Below, piece by piece: positions 24,581-64,000 of a stretch of DNA of 64,000 nucleotides (the first letter of the stretch is position 1; the number at the start of each line of letters is the position of its first letter). Under the pieces are notes generated by a model that saw only the letters and a program-made list of their open reading frames with translations, ran no database searches and was not told the origin of the DNA. The stretch comes from Paraspadella gotoi. Taxonomy: Eukaryota; Animalia; Chaetognatha. The translations under genes were made by a program, and so were the position numbers. Location: NCBI GenBank assembly GCA_051294375.1, contig CM119263.1, positions 6,859,645 to 6,923,644 on the forward strand, in the 5' to 3' direction.

Positions 24581-24932
24581 ACAGACCCCGAGTCGCGCGC
24601 TGGCTCCTTCCCCAAGGATGTCGGAGTAGTAGCCGCGTTGGCGAATCTCAGGATATCGCCTGCCCTTCTTTGAAGGCGGTTGCCCAGGCGGGGGCGCTGG
24701 CTTGAATGACTGACTCTTGTTAGTTGAGACATTAAGCATTTCTCCTAAAAAGGTGTGAAACTCGGATATAATAATCTTAACATGCAAAGTTTTTTATTGT
24801 TTAAAAACAATGTTTCGGCTCTCATTAACCCAAAAAACTTTTACTAGTATTTTCACTTATTATTATCTCACCGGTCCGCGCCGGTCCAGCGGCGGGCCTC
24901 TTGTTCACAGTTGATTTCTTTGATAAGGGCAT
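3306..24932 (-). CDS. DNAH1: Axonemal inner-arm dynein heavy chain 1-like, 5' part (30 coding exons, ~1438 aa: N-terminal tail and DHC_N2/linker). The AAA motor lies beyond the left edge.
   Basis: Exons in transcription order: 24872-24932, 24587-24744, 24260-24424, 23920-24008, 23561-23747, 21865(or 21859)-21997, 21627-21796, 20981-21179, 20606-20791, 20390-20481, 19912-20034, 18425-18535, 18239-18343, 17786-17921, 17344-17472, 17151-17233, 16971-17053, 15522-15747, 15302-15421, 14905-15044, 14738-14835, 13931-14073, 11283-11472, 10363-10500, 8260-8521, 7951-8157, 7362-7569, 7028-7169, 3957-4048, 3306-3443. All phases join in frame. DNAH1-type N-terminal peptides: [48 protein letters not shown]2 peptides: [75 protein letters not shown]. 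Confidence 0.93.
3957..4048 (-). CDS. DNAH1: DNAH1 exon 29
   Basis: [31 protein letters not shown]; GTAAGT donor. Confidence 0.9.
4174..4316. repeat. (CT)n/(AG)n microsatellite, representative of many (e.g. 7637-7696, 11775-11837, 14417-14492, 24500-24575, 31655-31732, 41675-41822, 49670-49772, 61261-61381)
   Basis: Directly visible dinucleotide runs. Confidence 0.95.
4816..6762 (+). CDS. Nested antisense spliced gene: single-pass membrane glycoprotein (uncharacterised)
   Basis: Phase-1 compatible exons: 4816-5038 (four N-X-T sequons NLT, NQT, NRT, NAT; G|GTAAAT), 5456-5659 ([21 protein letters not shown] followed by QKTNK) and 6512-6762 (acidic tail with DYINN, ending SATLRV*). The true 5' end and possible extra exons are uncertain. 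Confidence 0.6.
7028..8521 (-). CDS. DNAH1: DNAH1 exons 25-28 (DHC_N2 core)
   Basis: 8260-8521, 7951-8157, 7362-7569, 7028-7169; [71 protein letters not shown]. Confidence 0.95.
10363..11472 (-). CDS. DNAH1: DNAH1 exons 23-24
   Basis: 11283-11472 [18 protein letters not shown]...; 10363-10500 ...[27 protein letters not shown]. Confidence 0.93.
12928..13017 (-). CDS. Candidate exon encoding a transmembrane-like segment inside DNAH1 intron 22
   Basis: CAG acceptor, 90 nt, GGA|GTGAGG donor; [30 protein letters not shown]. The frame also reads on through VRIRRK to 12733. Confidence 0.35.
13931..18535 (-). CDS. DNAH1: DNAH1 exons 12-22
   Basis: Eleven GT-AG exons in phase, e.g. [71 protein letters not shown]. 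Confidence 0.9.
19912..24932 (-). CDS. DNAH1: DNAH1 exons 1-11 (N-terminus; ATG at 24932)
   Basis: [13 protein letters not shown]... preceded by an in-frame upstream TAA; DNAH1-specific motifs [31 protein letters not shown]. Confidence 0.85.
20114..20260 (-). other. Partial duplicate of DNAH1 exon 11 (pseudo-exon or alternative exon)
   Basis: TTTTTCAG acceptor then [16 protein letters not shown], versus exon 11 [16 protein letters not shown]. Open for 147 nt to an AGC|GTAAAT donor. Confidence 0.7.
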
Positions 24933-25450
24933 TTCGAAGTTAGTAATTGCGTTGCATAAGGATTAAGTGCTAATTGTTTCTTTCGAATTGTGAGTTAATG
25001 TTGCAGGCTTCTCGGGTTTGGCTTTGTAGAAGTTAAGAGAACTTATGCTTTTTATTTGACTAATGCTAAATTAAATGCTCCGGATGTGTGACGATCTTTG
25101 ATCCGCCCGTAGATTCCTAGAAACAATAAGTTTTATTTAACGTCTATAGTCATGTAGTCGGATAGATGTATAGATAGATACATACCAACTCGCTTTAAAA
25201 CCTTTAATCTTGATGTAAATTAATTAATAATAAGATGGGACCTCAATAAGCTCAATAAGTCCATTATTTTTATTGAAATTATTTTCATTAAATATCTTTG
25301 AGCTGTACCAATGTCATGGTCAGTGAAAACGTCTATAAATAAATTAAAATATTAGCCTAATTTATAAATTTAGGGAAAAAAGCCATTAAATTTTTTTTGC
25401 TAACTAATGTCAATATGAATATATAAATGATGAAGATATTTTTCCTACAT

Positions 25451-25457
25451 TGTTTAC
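25451..25457. promoter_or_regulatory. Forkhead (FOXJ1-type) core site
   Basis: TGTTTAC (GTAAACA on minus) in the DNAH1/AKAP14 intergenic spacer; a short motif, so a chance match is possible. Confidence 0.3.
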
Positions 25458-25598
25458 AGAATATATTAACTTACTTTCTTTACGGTCGGATTACAAATTA
25501 TCTTCATCCATCCTGGACACGTTTTTTTCTTGGAACATCTTTGACTATTTTTTTTTCTGCATGCAAAGATTTTTTTTTCCTTGCAAAGGTTGTAGTTT

Positions 25599-25611
25599 GT
25601 TACCAAGCAAC
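25599..25611. promoter_or_regulatory. RFX X-box
   Basis: GTTACCAAGCAAC fits GTNRCC-N0-3-RGYAAC and lies between two ciliary genes. Confidence 0.65.
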
Positions 25612-25694
25612 GAGTTGTGCCTTTTGTTCGAAACTTTTCTTATGACAAAGTATTTTCATACTAGGGACTCTAGTGGAGACTTCAGAAAGACAAA

Positions 25695-25708
25695 ATAACC
25701 ATGGAAAC
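25695..25708. promoter_or_regulatory. RFX X-box
   Basis: ATAACCATGGAAAC fits the 14-bp RTHNYYWTRRNRAC consensus, ~220 nt upstream of the AKAP14 ATG. Confidence 0.6.
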
Positions 25709-25930
25709 AAGCGATGCCATAATTTATGGCATAAAATATAGCCTGTAAATGTAACTGTAACTGTGTGTAATTGAAAATGAACGGATAATCTTTATATTGG
25801 TTGTACCAATTTCATAGAAATTTACTAATTATGAAAGCTTAAAATATTATGGGGATAAAACCTAAATTATTGTTCATGTACATTCATTAAAGACGACCTG
25901 TTAGTTTTTTCTGAACCTCTGGCTCTGAGA

Positions 25931-26729
25931 ATGGCTTATAAAGGAATTGAAACAACAAAGGTAAATAGTCATAGTCATAGCCTAACAGTTCGGAAAAAAA
26001 TCCGCATAAAAATCCGAATTGGTTTTGTCTATATCTGCTACAGGAAAGCATCCCTCAAGATATTCACGATGCTGAGAAGGCGATGCCCCCCGAAGGTAAT
26101 CATTAAATGATAAATCAATAAAATTTCTTTCTGCTGTTTTTCTTCTTTTTTTCTCGCTTCAGCGCCATCTCCGCCCCCGGATCCGGTGACCGCCACGATC
26201 TCGTGGCCATCTTGCGAAACTTTTAATTCTGTTATGGGGATTGATAAAATAAATGAGTTCATGGACTCCTGTTGGGAAAAAGACAAAAAATGGCATCACT
26301 GTACCGATTTCCTAAGAGAAGAAATTCTTGAACATGCTAAGAGTTACAAGTATCAAGTAAAACGCGTCGGAATAAAATATAAATATTATGAAAAAGAAAA
26401 GAAATATTAATCAAAATTGCGATTCAGGCGAAATGGTCAATCCCAACTTCAAAACGTCCGATTCCCCGCGCGACTGCCTCTGTTTTCTTTACAATTCAGG
26501 TTTTTAAAACTAATATAATTTTGTGACTGACTTGACCACTAACAACTGTTGCTGCTTATTATTGATCTAGGTCAGCACCGTAAAACCGGGTCATTTGCCG
26601 GTTGAAGTCTACTACGTTTTCGAGTCAAATCGATTGGTGCATATCCCCGGTTTTTCTCTCTTTAGAGAAAAGTGGTTACAAGATATCATCGACAATAAAG
26701 AACTCCTGCTCGAAGATATCAAATTTTGA
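25931..26729 (+). CDS. AKAP14: A-kinase anchor protein 14 (AKAP28 family), ciliary axonemal protein, ~168 aa, 5 exons
   Basis: Exons 25931-25960, 26044-26095, 26163-26356, 26428-26499, 26571-26729, all GT-AG and in phase. ISWPSCETFNSVMGIDKINEFMDSCWEKDKKWHHCTDFL...YKYQAKWSIPTSKRPIPRATASVFFTIQVSTVKPGHLPVEVYYVFESNRLVHIPGFSLFREKWLQDIIDNK matches the AKAP28 domain pattern (WS.PT...P....A..YF; P.V.Y..E...LVH.PG...FRE.W). AATAAA at ~26768. The start exon is less certain. Confidence 0.88.
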
Positions 26730-27781
26730 CCTGTTAACTAATTTTAATTACTTTAAGGCGTTTATATAATAAATGAATAACTTAGTAAATACTATGCCTC
26801 GCACACTCACAGTAAAAAACGCGTTTACATAAGATCTAATTATATTCTTCGATTGAGCTATGGCTTTCGTACGAAGTTTAAATTACAATATTTACAAACG
26901 AATCTCAATACAATAGGAGTCAGAGAAACTGGCATTACCATGCTCAAAATGGACAAACTTTCTTAGGCTATCTACGACAACGCGAGTGAAAATTTGAGAA
27001 CTCTGACTAGCATGAGCAGACATTTTGACAATTTTTTTGTTTTGGAACAGTCAAAGGTGTACATTGTACAATTTCAATTTATCCATGACAGAACTTTTAT
27101 TCTATCACTTAAGTTTTTTTTAATTAAATATCGGCAAGGTTGTGTTATACATTCTGCCGAATAAGTTACAAAACATAATTTATACTTAATTTTTTTCAAT
27201 AAAAATTAAGCTATACGTGAAAACTGAAAATTATTTCTCGTCGTTATATTCCCTCGCGTAACGTTTTCTTTTCGAAAGAAAAAACAAAACAAAACAACAA
27301 ATGAACATCGAATTCAAAAGGTCGGGGTTTGTGTGAACGAGACGAGAACATTCAAGTGCGGAATTATCAAGCACCAAAATGAGTCAAGAATGAATCCAGT
27401 TTAGCAAAGTATACAAAGGAAAATTTAAAAAAAAATCAGAAAACGAAATTCAACTTAGAAAAACCAACAAGTAATATAGGTGACGGATCGACGGATCGAT
27501 TTGTTTGATCCGTTTATTCGACGATTTGAAATGTTAAAATGTCCAAATCGGTCATCCGTCTCTTGAGGAGACACATCACAATCTTGACAGGATGTCCATT
27601 GTCCTATGTCCAATGTCCAACGGTAGTTGATATTTGATATTTGGTTTTCCGATCCAGAGTTTGAAACTTTAAATAATTGCAGTCTGAAAGGGATTTTAAA
27701 ACGAAAATTCTTAATTCCATCCAAATTTCTCATGACCATCTTCCCTTTCTCTTTCAGTTGGAGGATCCATTTAGCCCATCG

Positions 27782-57974
<30,193 letters not shown>

Positions 57975-58189
57975 NNNNNNNNNNNNNNNNNNNNNNNNNN
58001 NNNNNNNNNNNNNNNNNNNNNNNNNNNNNNNNNNNNNNNNNNNNNNNNNNNNNNNNNNNNNNNNNNNNNNNNNNNNNNNNNNNNNNNNNNNNNNNNNNNN
58101 NNNNNNNNNNNNNNNNNNNNNNNNNNNNNNNNNNNNNNNNNNNNNNNNNNNNNNNNNNNNNNNNNNNNNNNNNNNNNNNNNNNNNNNNN

Positions 58190-58225
<36 letters not shown>

Positions 58226-58654
58226 CGGGGTTGAGCGAGGGTGAGAGAGGGGTTTATTGGGTTTTTGACCAAACACATTTACCCTCTTTGTCATCAAGTA
58301 ATCATTTGCGAATCAACCAATCAAATTCTTGTTTTTTCACTTGCATAANNNNNNNNNNAATACACTCTCCTACTTAATAATTTTTTACTTCATTTACAAC
58401 TTCATTCCAGCAGAGATCTAAGCTAAGAGAAGGAAAGTTAATTTACATCCGTCTCTTAATACTACGTTGGTGTCTGACTAGAACTCTTTGTCGGCCTACG
58501 TAATCGTCTAATGTCGGCTTCAAATCTGTCGGTCGGAGGTGAACGTTGAAGCGAATCAACATTAACAGAGAATTTTATTTGGGCTAAACTTTCACCGGGA
58601 AAAAAAATGATTTAATCCAAATCGAGATGGAGATTTGGGAATCGAGAGAAAAAG

Positions 58655-59185
58655 TGAGGAGTAAGGGAGGTGGAGGAAGATGGAGGAAGGGAGGTGGAGG
58701 AAGATGGAGAAGGGAGGTGAAGAAGATGGAGGAAGGGAGGTGGGGGAAGATGGAGGAAGGGTAGGTGGAGGAAGATGAGAGAATGGGAGGTGGGGAATGG
58801 TGAGAGGGAGTGGAGGTAATGAGTAAGGGGAGGTCAGTGGAGGAAGTGGAGGTGGGGGAGATGGAGGAAGGAGGGTGGGAGGGAGGGAGTGGGAAGGAAG
58901 GCAGGATGGAGGAAGAGTTGAGGAAAGGGAGGTGGAGGAGATGGAGGAAGGGAGGTGGAGGAAGATGGAGGAAGGAAGGTGGAGGGGAAGATGGAAGGAT
59001 GTGGAGGAAGATGAGGAGGGAGGTGGAGGAGATGGAGGAAGGGAGGTGGGGGAGATGAAGGTGGAGGAGAGTGGAGGAGGAGTGGGAGGAAGATGGAGGA
59101 AGGAGTGGGAAGATGGGGGGAGGTTGGAGGAAGATGGAGGAAGGAGGTGGGGAAGATGGAGGAAGGGGAAGGAGTGGAGAGGAAT
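58655..59185. repeat. Purine-rich degenerate minisatellite (~24-nt unit GGGAGGTGGAGGAAGATGGAGGAA)
   Basis: Repeated units visible directly. Confidence 0.85.
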
Positions 59186-60299
59186 GTGAGAGTTAAGGGA
59201 TGAGAAGTTATGGCAACACCACAAGTGAGATAGAGAGAGAAAGGAGCAGATATGGAATCATCAAGAGAAAGAAAAAAAAAAAAACAAGAAAATGAAATCG
59301 AGAGGAAAGAAAACTGTTAAAAGAGATGAGAATCAATGGCGGAGAAAAAGCGAACAACGGGGGAGAAAGAAAAGAAAAGAAAAGTAGAATTGCAAAGAGG
59401 AAAAACTTAGTAGGTTAGAAGAAAAAAGGAAAAAGAGAAAAGAATAGAAAAGTAAAAGAGAGGAATAAGTGTAAATATAAAAGTACCAAGAGGAAATGAG
59501 TAGAATAGAGAAGCACAAAGAGAGGTGTGAGAAAATAGAAAAGTACAAAGAAAAGCCTTCACACGTTACCGCCCGCCGCAAAAAAAAAAAAAAAAAAATC
59601 CCACTAATTTCTTCGGCTGGAATTTTTCTGTTTACATCATCACAGTTCTCGAGAGAGACTGACTTCAGACTTCAGTGAGGGGGAAAAGTCGTGAGAGGTT
59701 TTGATGATTGAAGCCAACTGGTGATGAGGAGGAAGGGGAAGAAAGGAGGAGAGGGGAGGAGGAGGAAGGGAGGAAGGAAAGGAATATCGACGCTGGAGAA
59801 GACTAAACTCGCAAAAATTCTGATGGAACGGAAGAATTTTTTGAATGGAAAGTATTTTGTCAGGAGGAAATTTATCCGTAATAAAACGAGGACGTCGAGA
59901 TAAAAATCCTCGATGCACTGAGAATATCAAATTCTCTTGGGTTCCGAAATGAAGTCGCTAGTAAATGAAATAAAATAGTTGAAGGATTTTTATCTAGAAA
60001 TAAAATTTGAACAAAACTTTTTTTTTTTATTCTTTGAACTCGGCCTAAATCCGGGAAATCCGCTTTGACAAGTTTTAGAGGGAAATAAATGGAGGCGCAA
60101 GCGAAACAAAAAAAAAGAAGAAAAAACAAAACGACATCGAAGCAGAGAAAAAACATAGAAGGCGCACCTAACTCAGAGACGAAACTAATTTTTCAAACTC
60201 TTCCTTTTCTATCATGTTTCATTTCTTTCATTTGTTTCCTTTCATTTTTTTCTTTCTTTTCTCATATTTTTTATTTCTTTTCTTTTTTCCTCTTTTTTT

Positions 60300-60303
60300 C
60301 TTT

Positions 60304-60363
<60 letters not shown>

Positions 60364-60426
60364 TTTTTCTTTCTTTCTTTCTTTCTTTTCTTTTCTTTTC
60401 TTTTCTTTTCTTTTCTTTTCTTTTCT
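60300..60426. repeat. (TTTC)n/(TTTTC)n microsatellite
   Basis: Direct. Confidence 0.9.
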
Positions 60427-60585
60427 TTCGTTCATCACTTTTTCATCCAGGATCCCAAATCCCCTCGCCATCTCATTCTTCTGCCCCTAATAACCCTTTG
60501 ATAAACTAGTCCATTATTTCCATTATTCCCAGATTGGGACTTTGACCAAGTTCCTTTTCTTCCTCGAGAGGCGGAGCTCCTGCCC

Positions 60586-60624
<39 letters not shown>

Positions 60625-61256
60625 CACATTCGTCCAAGTTTCCTTTCCTCCTCGAAACTCGAAGCCCAGAATCCTGAGTCACGAACCTCTTCCGACACGA
60701 GACGCAGCTTTAACACTTAGCTTTAACCCCATCAACTTTGAACCTTAGTATTTCCGGCCTTGAACCCAATCACCTGTCCATCATTAACTTCCCATCCAAT
60801 CATCCCATCCAATCATCCCATCCAATCATCCAATCATCCCATCCATCATTAACTTCCCCTTGTCTAAATTACTCTCATGACTGACCAAGTCACCATTCTC
60901 AAACCTGCTTCATCCTTTTCCAATTGACGCTTTTCATCTCGGCGCCGAAATAAAAACGATCTTTTTCATCTCTTTAACCTTTAATCTTCCACTTCCATTC
61001 AAAACCTTCTCCTCTTTGCCACCCTCGCCACCATTTCCACCTACGCCCCCCCTCACCACCCTCAACTCATTTTTTACCCAGCCGCGGCTTTTGGCCAAGT
61101 TTCTCCCCATCCCCGGGGATGTATTTTTTTTAGGTGAATGGCGATGCGCTAATGCTGTCCGCCGGGAATTCTCATTAGCGAATTTCGTTCCTCTACGAGT
61201 CTCTCCTGGCTTTTGAGGGAAGGAAAAAAACAGGAGCCTCGTTAAAGAGAAAAACG

Positions 61257-61385
<129 letters not shown>

Positions 61386-61824
61386 CGCAATATTTGAGAA
61401 ATAATAGTTTGAGAAAAATTTGGCTAAATTAAAAAAAATAATAATAAATAGAATAATGATAAGAAAACAACTACGTACTTATTAAACGAAATTATATACA
61501 AAAAACATTTTAAACAAACCTATATTGTCTCAAGCTAAACTTAGGAGATATTTCTAACCGGGTTCAATTAAAAATATAAATGAATGAAGAACACAACTTC
61601 AGAATGAAAGAAAAATGTATATTGGATGTAAAAGAAAAAGACAACAGATCTGTAAATAAAATATGAATAAACGGTTACTAACTCAGAGATGTTCAGTAAA
61701 TGTCGAAATTCGGTCGCGACCCGGTCGCGAACGCGAGACCTTTCGGGTCACGAAGCGACGGAAAATCGATAAAGTGGAAGTCGTAAAAAAGAAAACCGAG
61801 AGGAAAAAAAGTCGATCCACTTCC

Positions 61825-62150
61825 AATGCGGCAGAAAAGCCGACAACTGGGGAGCGTCGGGAAAAATGGAGCTAAAAAGCCGACAACTAGAAATGGGGAG
61901 AAAAGGGATAATGGAGCAGAAAAGTCGACAACTGGCAATGTGGAGAAAATGAAAAAATGGAGCTGAAAAGCCGACAACTGGCAATTCAAAAGAATGGGAG
62001 AAAAAGGTACGCAAAGCTAACAGCGAGCAAAGGAAAAACACAGAAAATTGAGCAGAAAAATTCGACAAACTTGAAATCGGGAGAATTCTAAGAAAAGGAA
62101 ACTGAAAGCCGGCAGCTAACAACGAAAACCAAGGGGCAAAATGGAGCTAC
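61825..62150. repeat. Degenerate minisatellite, ~40-46 nt unit with core AATGGAGCWRAAAAGCCGACAACTGG
   Basis: At least four clear copies at 61831-61985, decaying to ~62150. Confidence 0.8.
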
Positions 62151-63894
62151 AGTAACTTTTCTCTAGACTCCACGAAGTTCAGGGCTCTCATAACTCTCGA
62201 AATATGGGCTAAAATTTCTTTATATTCGAGGATCAGATGCGGGAATAATCGGTTTATTGCCCACCTGACGGATTTTAAAGAATTTCAAAAATTTGCGCTC
62301 AAAGCCCTAAATTTTTTTAAAATTAATTTCTCATCTAGTCTTAAAAGTATTAACCACCCAAAATAATTAAAATTTTTATTGAAAGTCGTCCCTAAGTTGA
62401 AGCTATAAAATGACGTAAAAAAAATTTAAAAAATTATTTTCTAATTTTTATGTTTTTTGAAAAGTTGTAAAAAAAGCTATGTACCATTGTTCCTTTAAAA
62501 GAGTTCAATTTTAAAAATTTTGGATACAAACATTCTCTCTCTCGTGAGATTGTTGTAAGATTACTTTATCATAAAAAAAATTTGTTTAACTAATGAAAAT
62601 CTTTTTTTATAATTTGTCAAAAAAAATGAAATGCTAAATAATAATGTTAAAATCTGAATTGTCTCAGTACATCAAAAGTAGAAGCTATACTGATTCTAAA
62701 TATACTTTCACATTTAAAAAATATTTTTTTACAACCAGAGATATTTTATTTACAAAAGTGACAAAAAATTGTAAAATCAACCTTTTTTAAAGCTTAATAA
62801 AACACGATGGAATGAATATTATTCATGAAATTTTGCATTCTATCCAAATAACCAACAATTTTAAGACAACCAAAACTTGCACCACTCACTTTCCCAAAAA
62901 AAAAGATATACATTGAAAAAGATATATTTTTAATTTGAAATCTTATTTTTTTTAACTTTCAATGAATTTTGATCGTTATTAATTAAAAAAATCATAATAG
63001 ATCAGTCAGTTCCTGGGATAATCTATATACTCAATAGTATTCATTCTGTCGAGATCCACAGTTAGAATTTATAAAAATAGGCTAATGATGGTCAAATAAA
63101 TATGGTAGCGTAAAATTTTGGAAGAATATGATTGAATTAATTAAAATCTTTTATGTTCACCATTAAGATAAGCCTCTTTTCAAAGTTTTCTTGTTCCAAA
63201 CGTCTGCCTGCGGCAACAGACAAAAAGAAGGAGCCCTGTTATGCAACCTTACCATAAGGTAAGGCTCCGACTGTCTTGAAAATAATCTACAAAGATAACA
63301 AGACCAAAATATTATTTAAACGCTTTGCTTCATTAAATCTTAACGGATTTCCAGTTGTTTGTTGTCAAAGTCTGAAAAATTTTCATCGCTGCTTTTAGTT
63401 AAGGTTATTGAGGGGTTGTTGAAAAGTGGGTCAGTGTGAAATAGTAATAAAAATAATGAGTGAGAGATTAATGGAAAGAATGAAATATTCAATGTGAGAT
63501 TGATGGAGAGAAAGAAAGGATTGATTAGAGAGAATATGATAGAGAAAGGAAGAGAGAGTGAGAGTTTGAATGGAGAGAAGAAAAATTGAGAAATTGAAGG
63601 AGAAAAAAAAGATTGATTAAGAAATTGAATGTAGAGCGAAAGATTGTTGAGAGATAAATAAAATAATATTATGGCACGGTGAATAATTAGACAAAGTTTT
63701 AAATATTTAAAATTAAAATTTTTAAAAATAGATTCCTGATAAAGATTAAAAAGTTAGATGTAGGTAAGTACTTCACAAATTTTTAAATATTATGAATAAA
63801 TGGGTTAAAATTAGACTTTTACTCACTCTTCATTCCCTGTCCTCATCTTCACCTATTCTCATCTGACCACTGTCCCTTACTAAATTCTTTGTTG

Positions 63895-63933
<39 letters not shown>

Positions 63934-64000
63934 TCAATGTTTGTAAAAAAAATTTTTGTGTCTTTTTCAAATTCTGATGAAGGCTTGAAGACAAAGCGAA

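Noticed and set aside
60620-60716. Minus-strand peptide LRLVSEEVRDSGFW, resembling an Ig F-strand (missing Robo Ig4 exon?)
   Set aside because: Lacks the YxC motif and convincing splice sites
61825-62150. Repeat with variable spacers superficially like a CRISPR array
   Set aside because: Eukaryotic intron, degenerate units with related spacers and no cas genes; an ordinary minisatellite

Overview
Eukaryotic (animal) genomic DNA from a draft assembly: GC/CpG-rich exons, AT-rich introns, many (AG)n microsatellites, six N-gaps and a ~1.85 kb poly-T stretch that is probably an artifact. No prokaryotic genes or CRISPR arrays were seen. Manual splice-site and phase walking gives five main gene models. 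(1) The 5' 30 coding exons (~1438 codons) of an axonemal inner-arm dynein heavy chain, DNAH1-like, on the minus strand (24932 down to 3306, continuing past the left edge). (2) A 5-exon AKAP14/AKAP28-like ciliary gene on the plus strand (25931-26729), head-to-head with the dynein across a ~1 kb spacer holding two RFX X-boxes and a forkhead site. (3) The 3' part of a Roundabout (Robo) receptor gene on the minus strand (Ig5, FN3 x3, TM, CC0, CC1, CC2; 57974 down to 27782), tail-to-tail with AKAP14. (4, 5) Two small spliced membrane-protein genes I do not recognise, nested antisense in dynein introns. Also present: further exon-like islands in the large dynein introns, a partially duplicated dynein exon, a TTAA-flanked Kolobok-like MITE and a small dispersed repeat. 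Homology calls come from remembered family motifs, not database searches.
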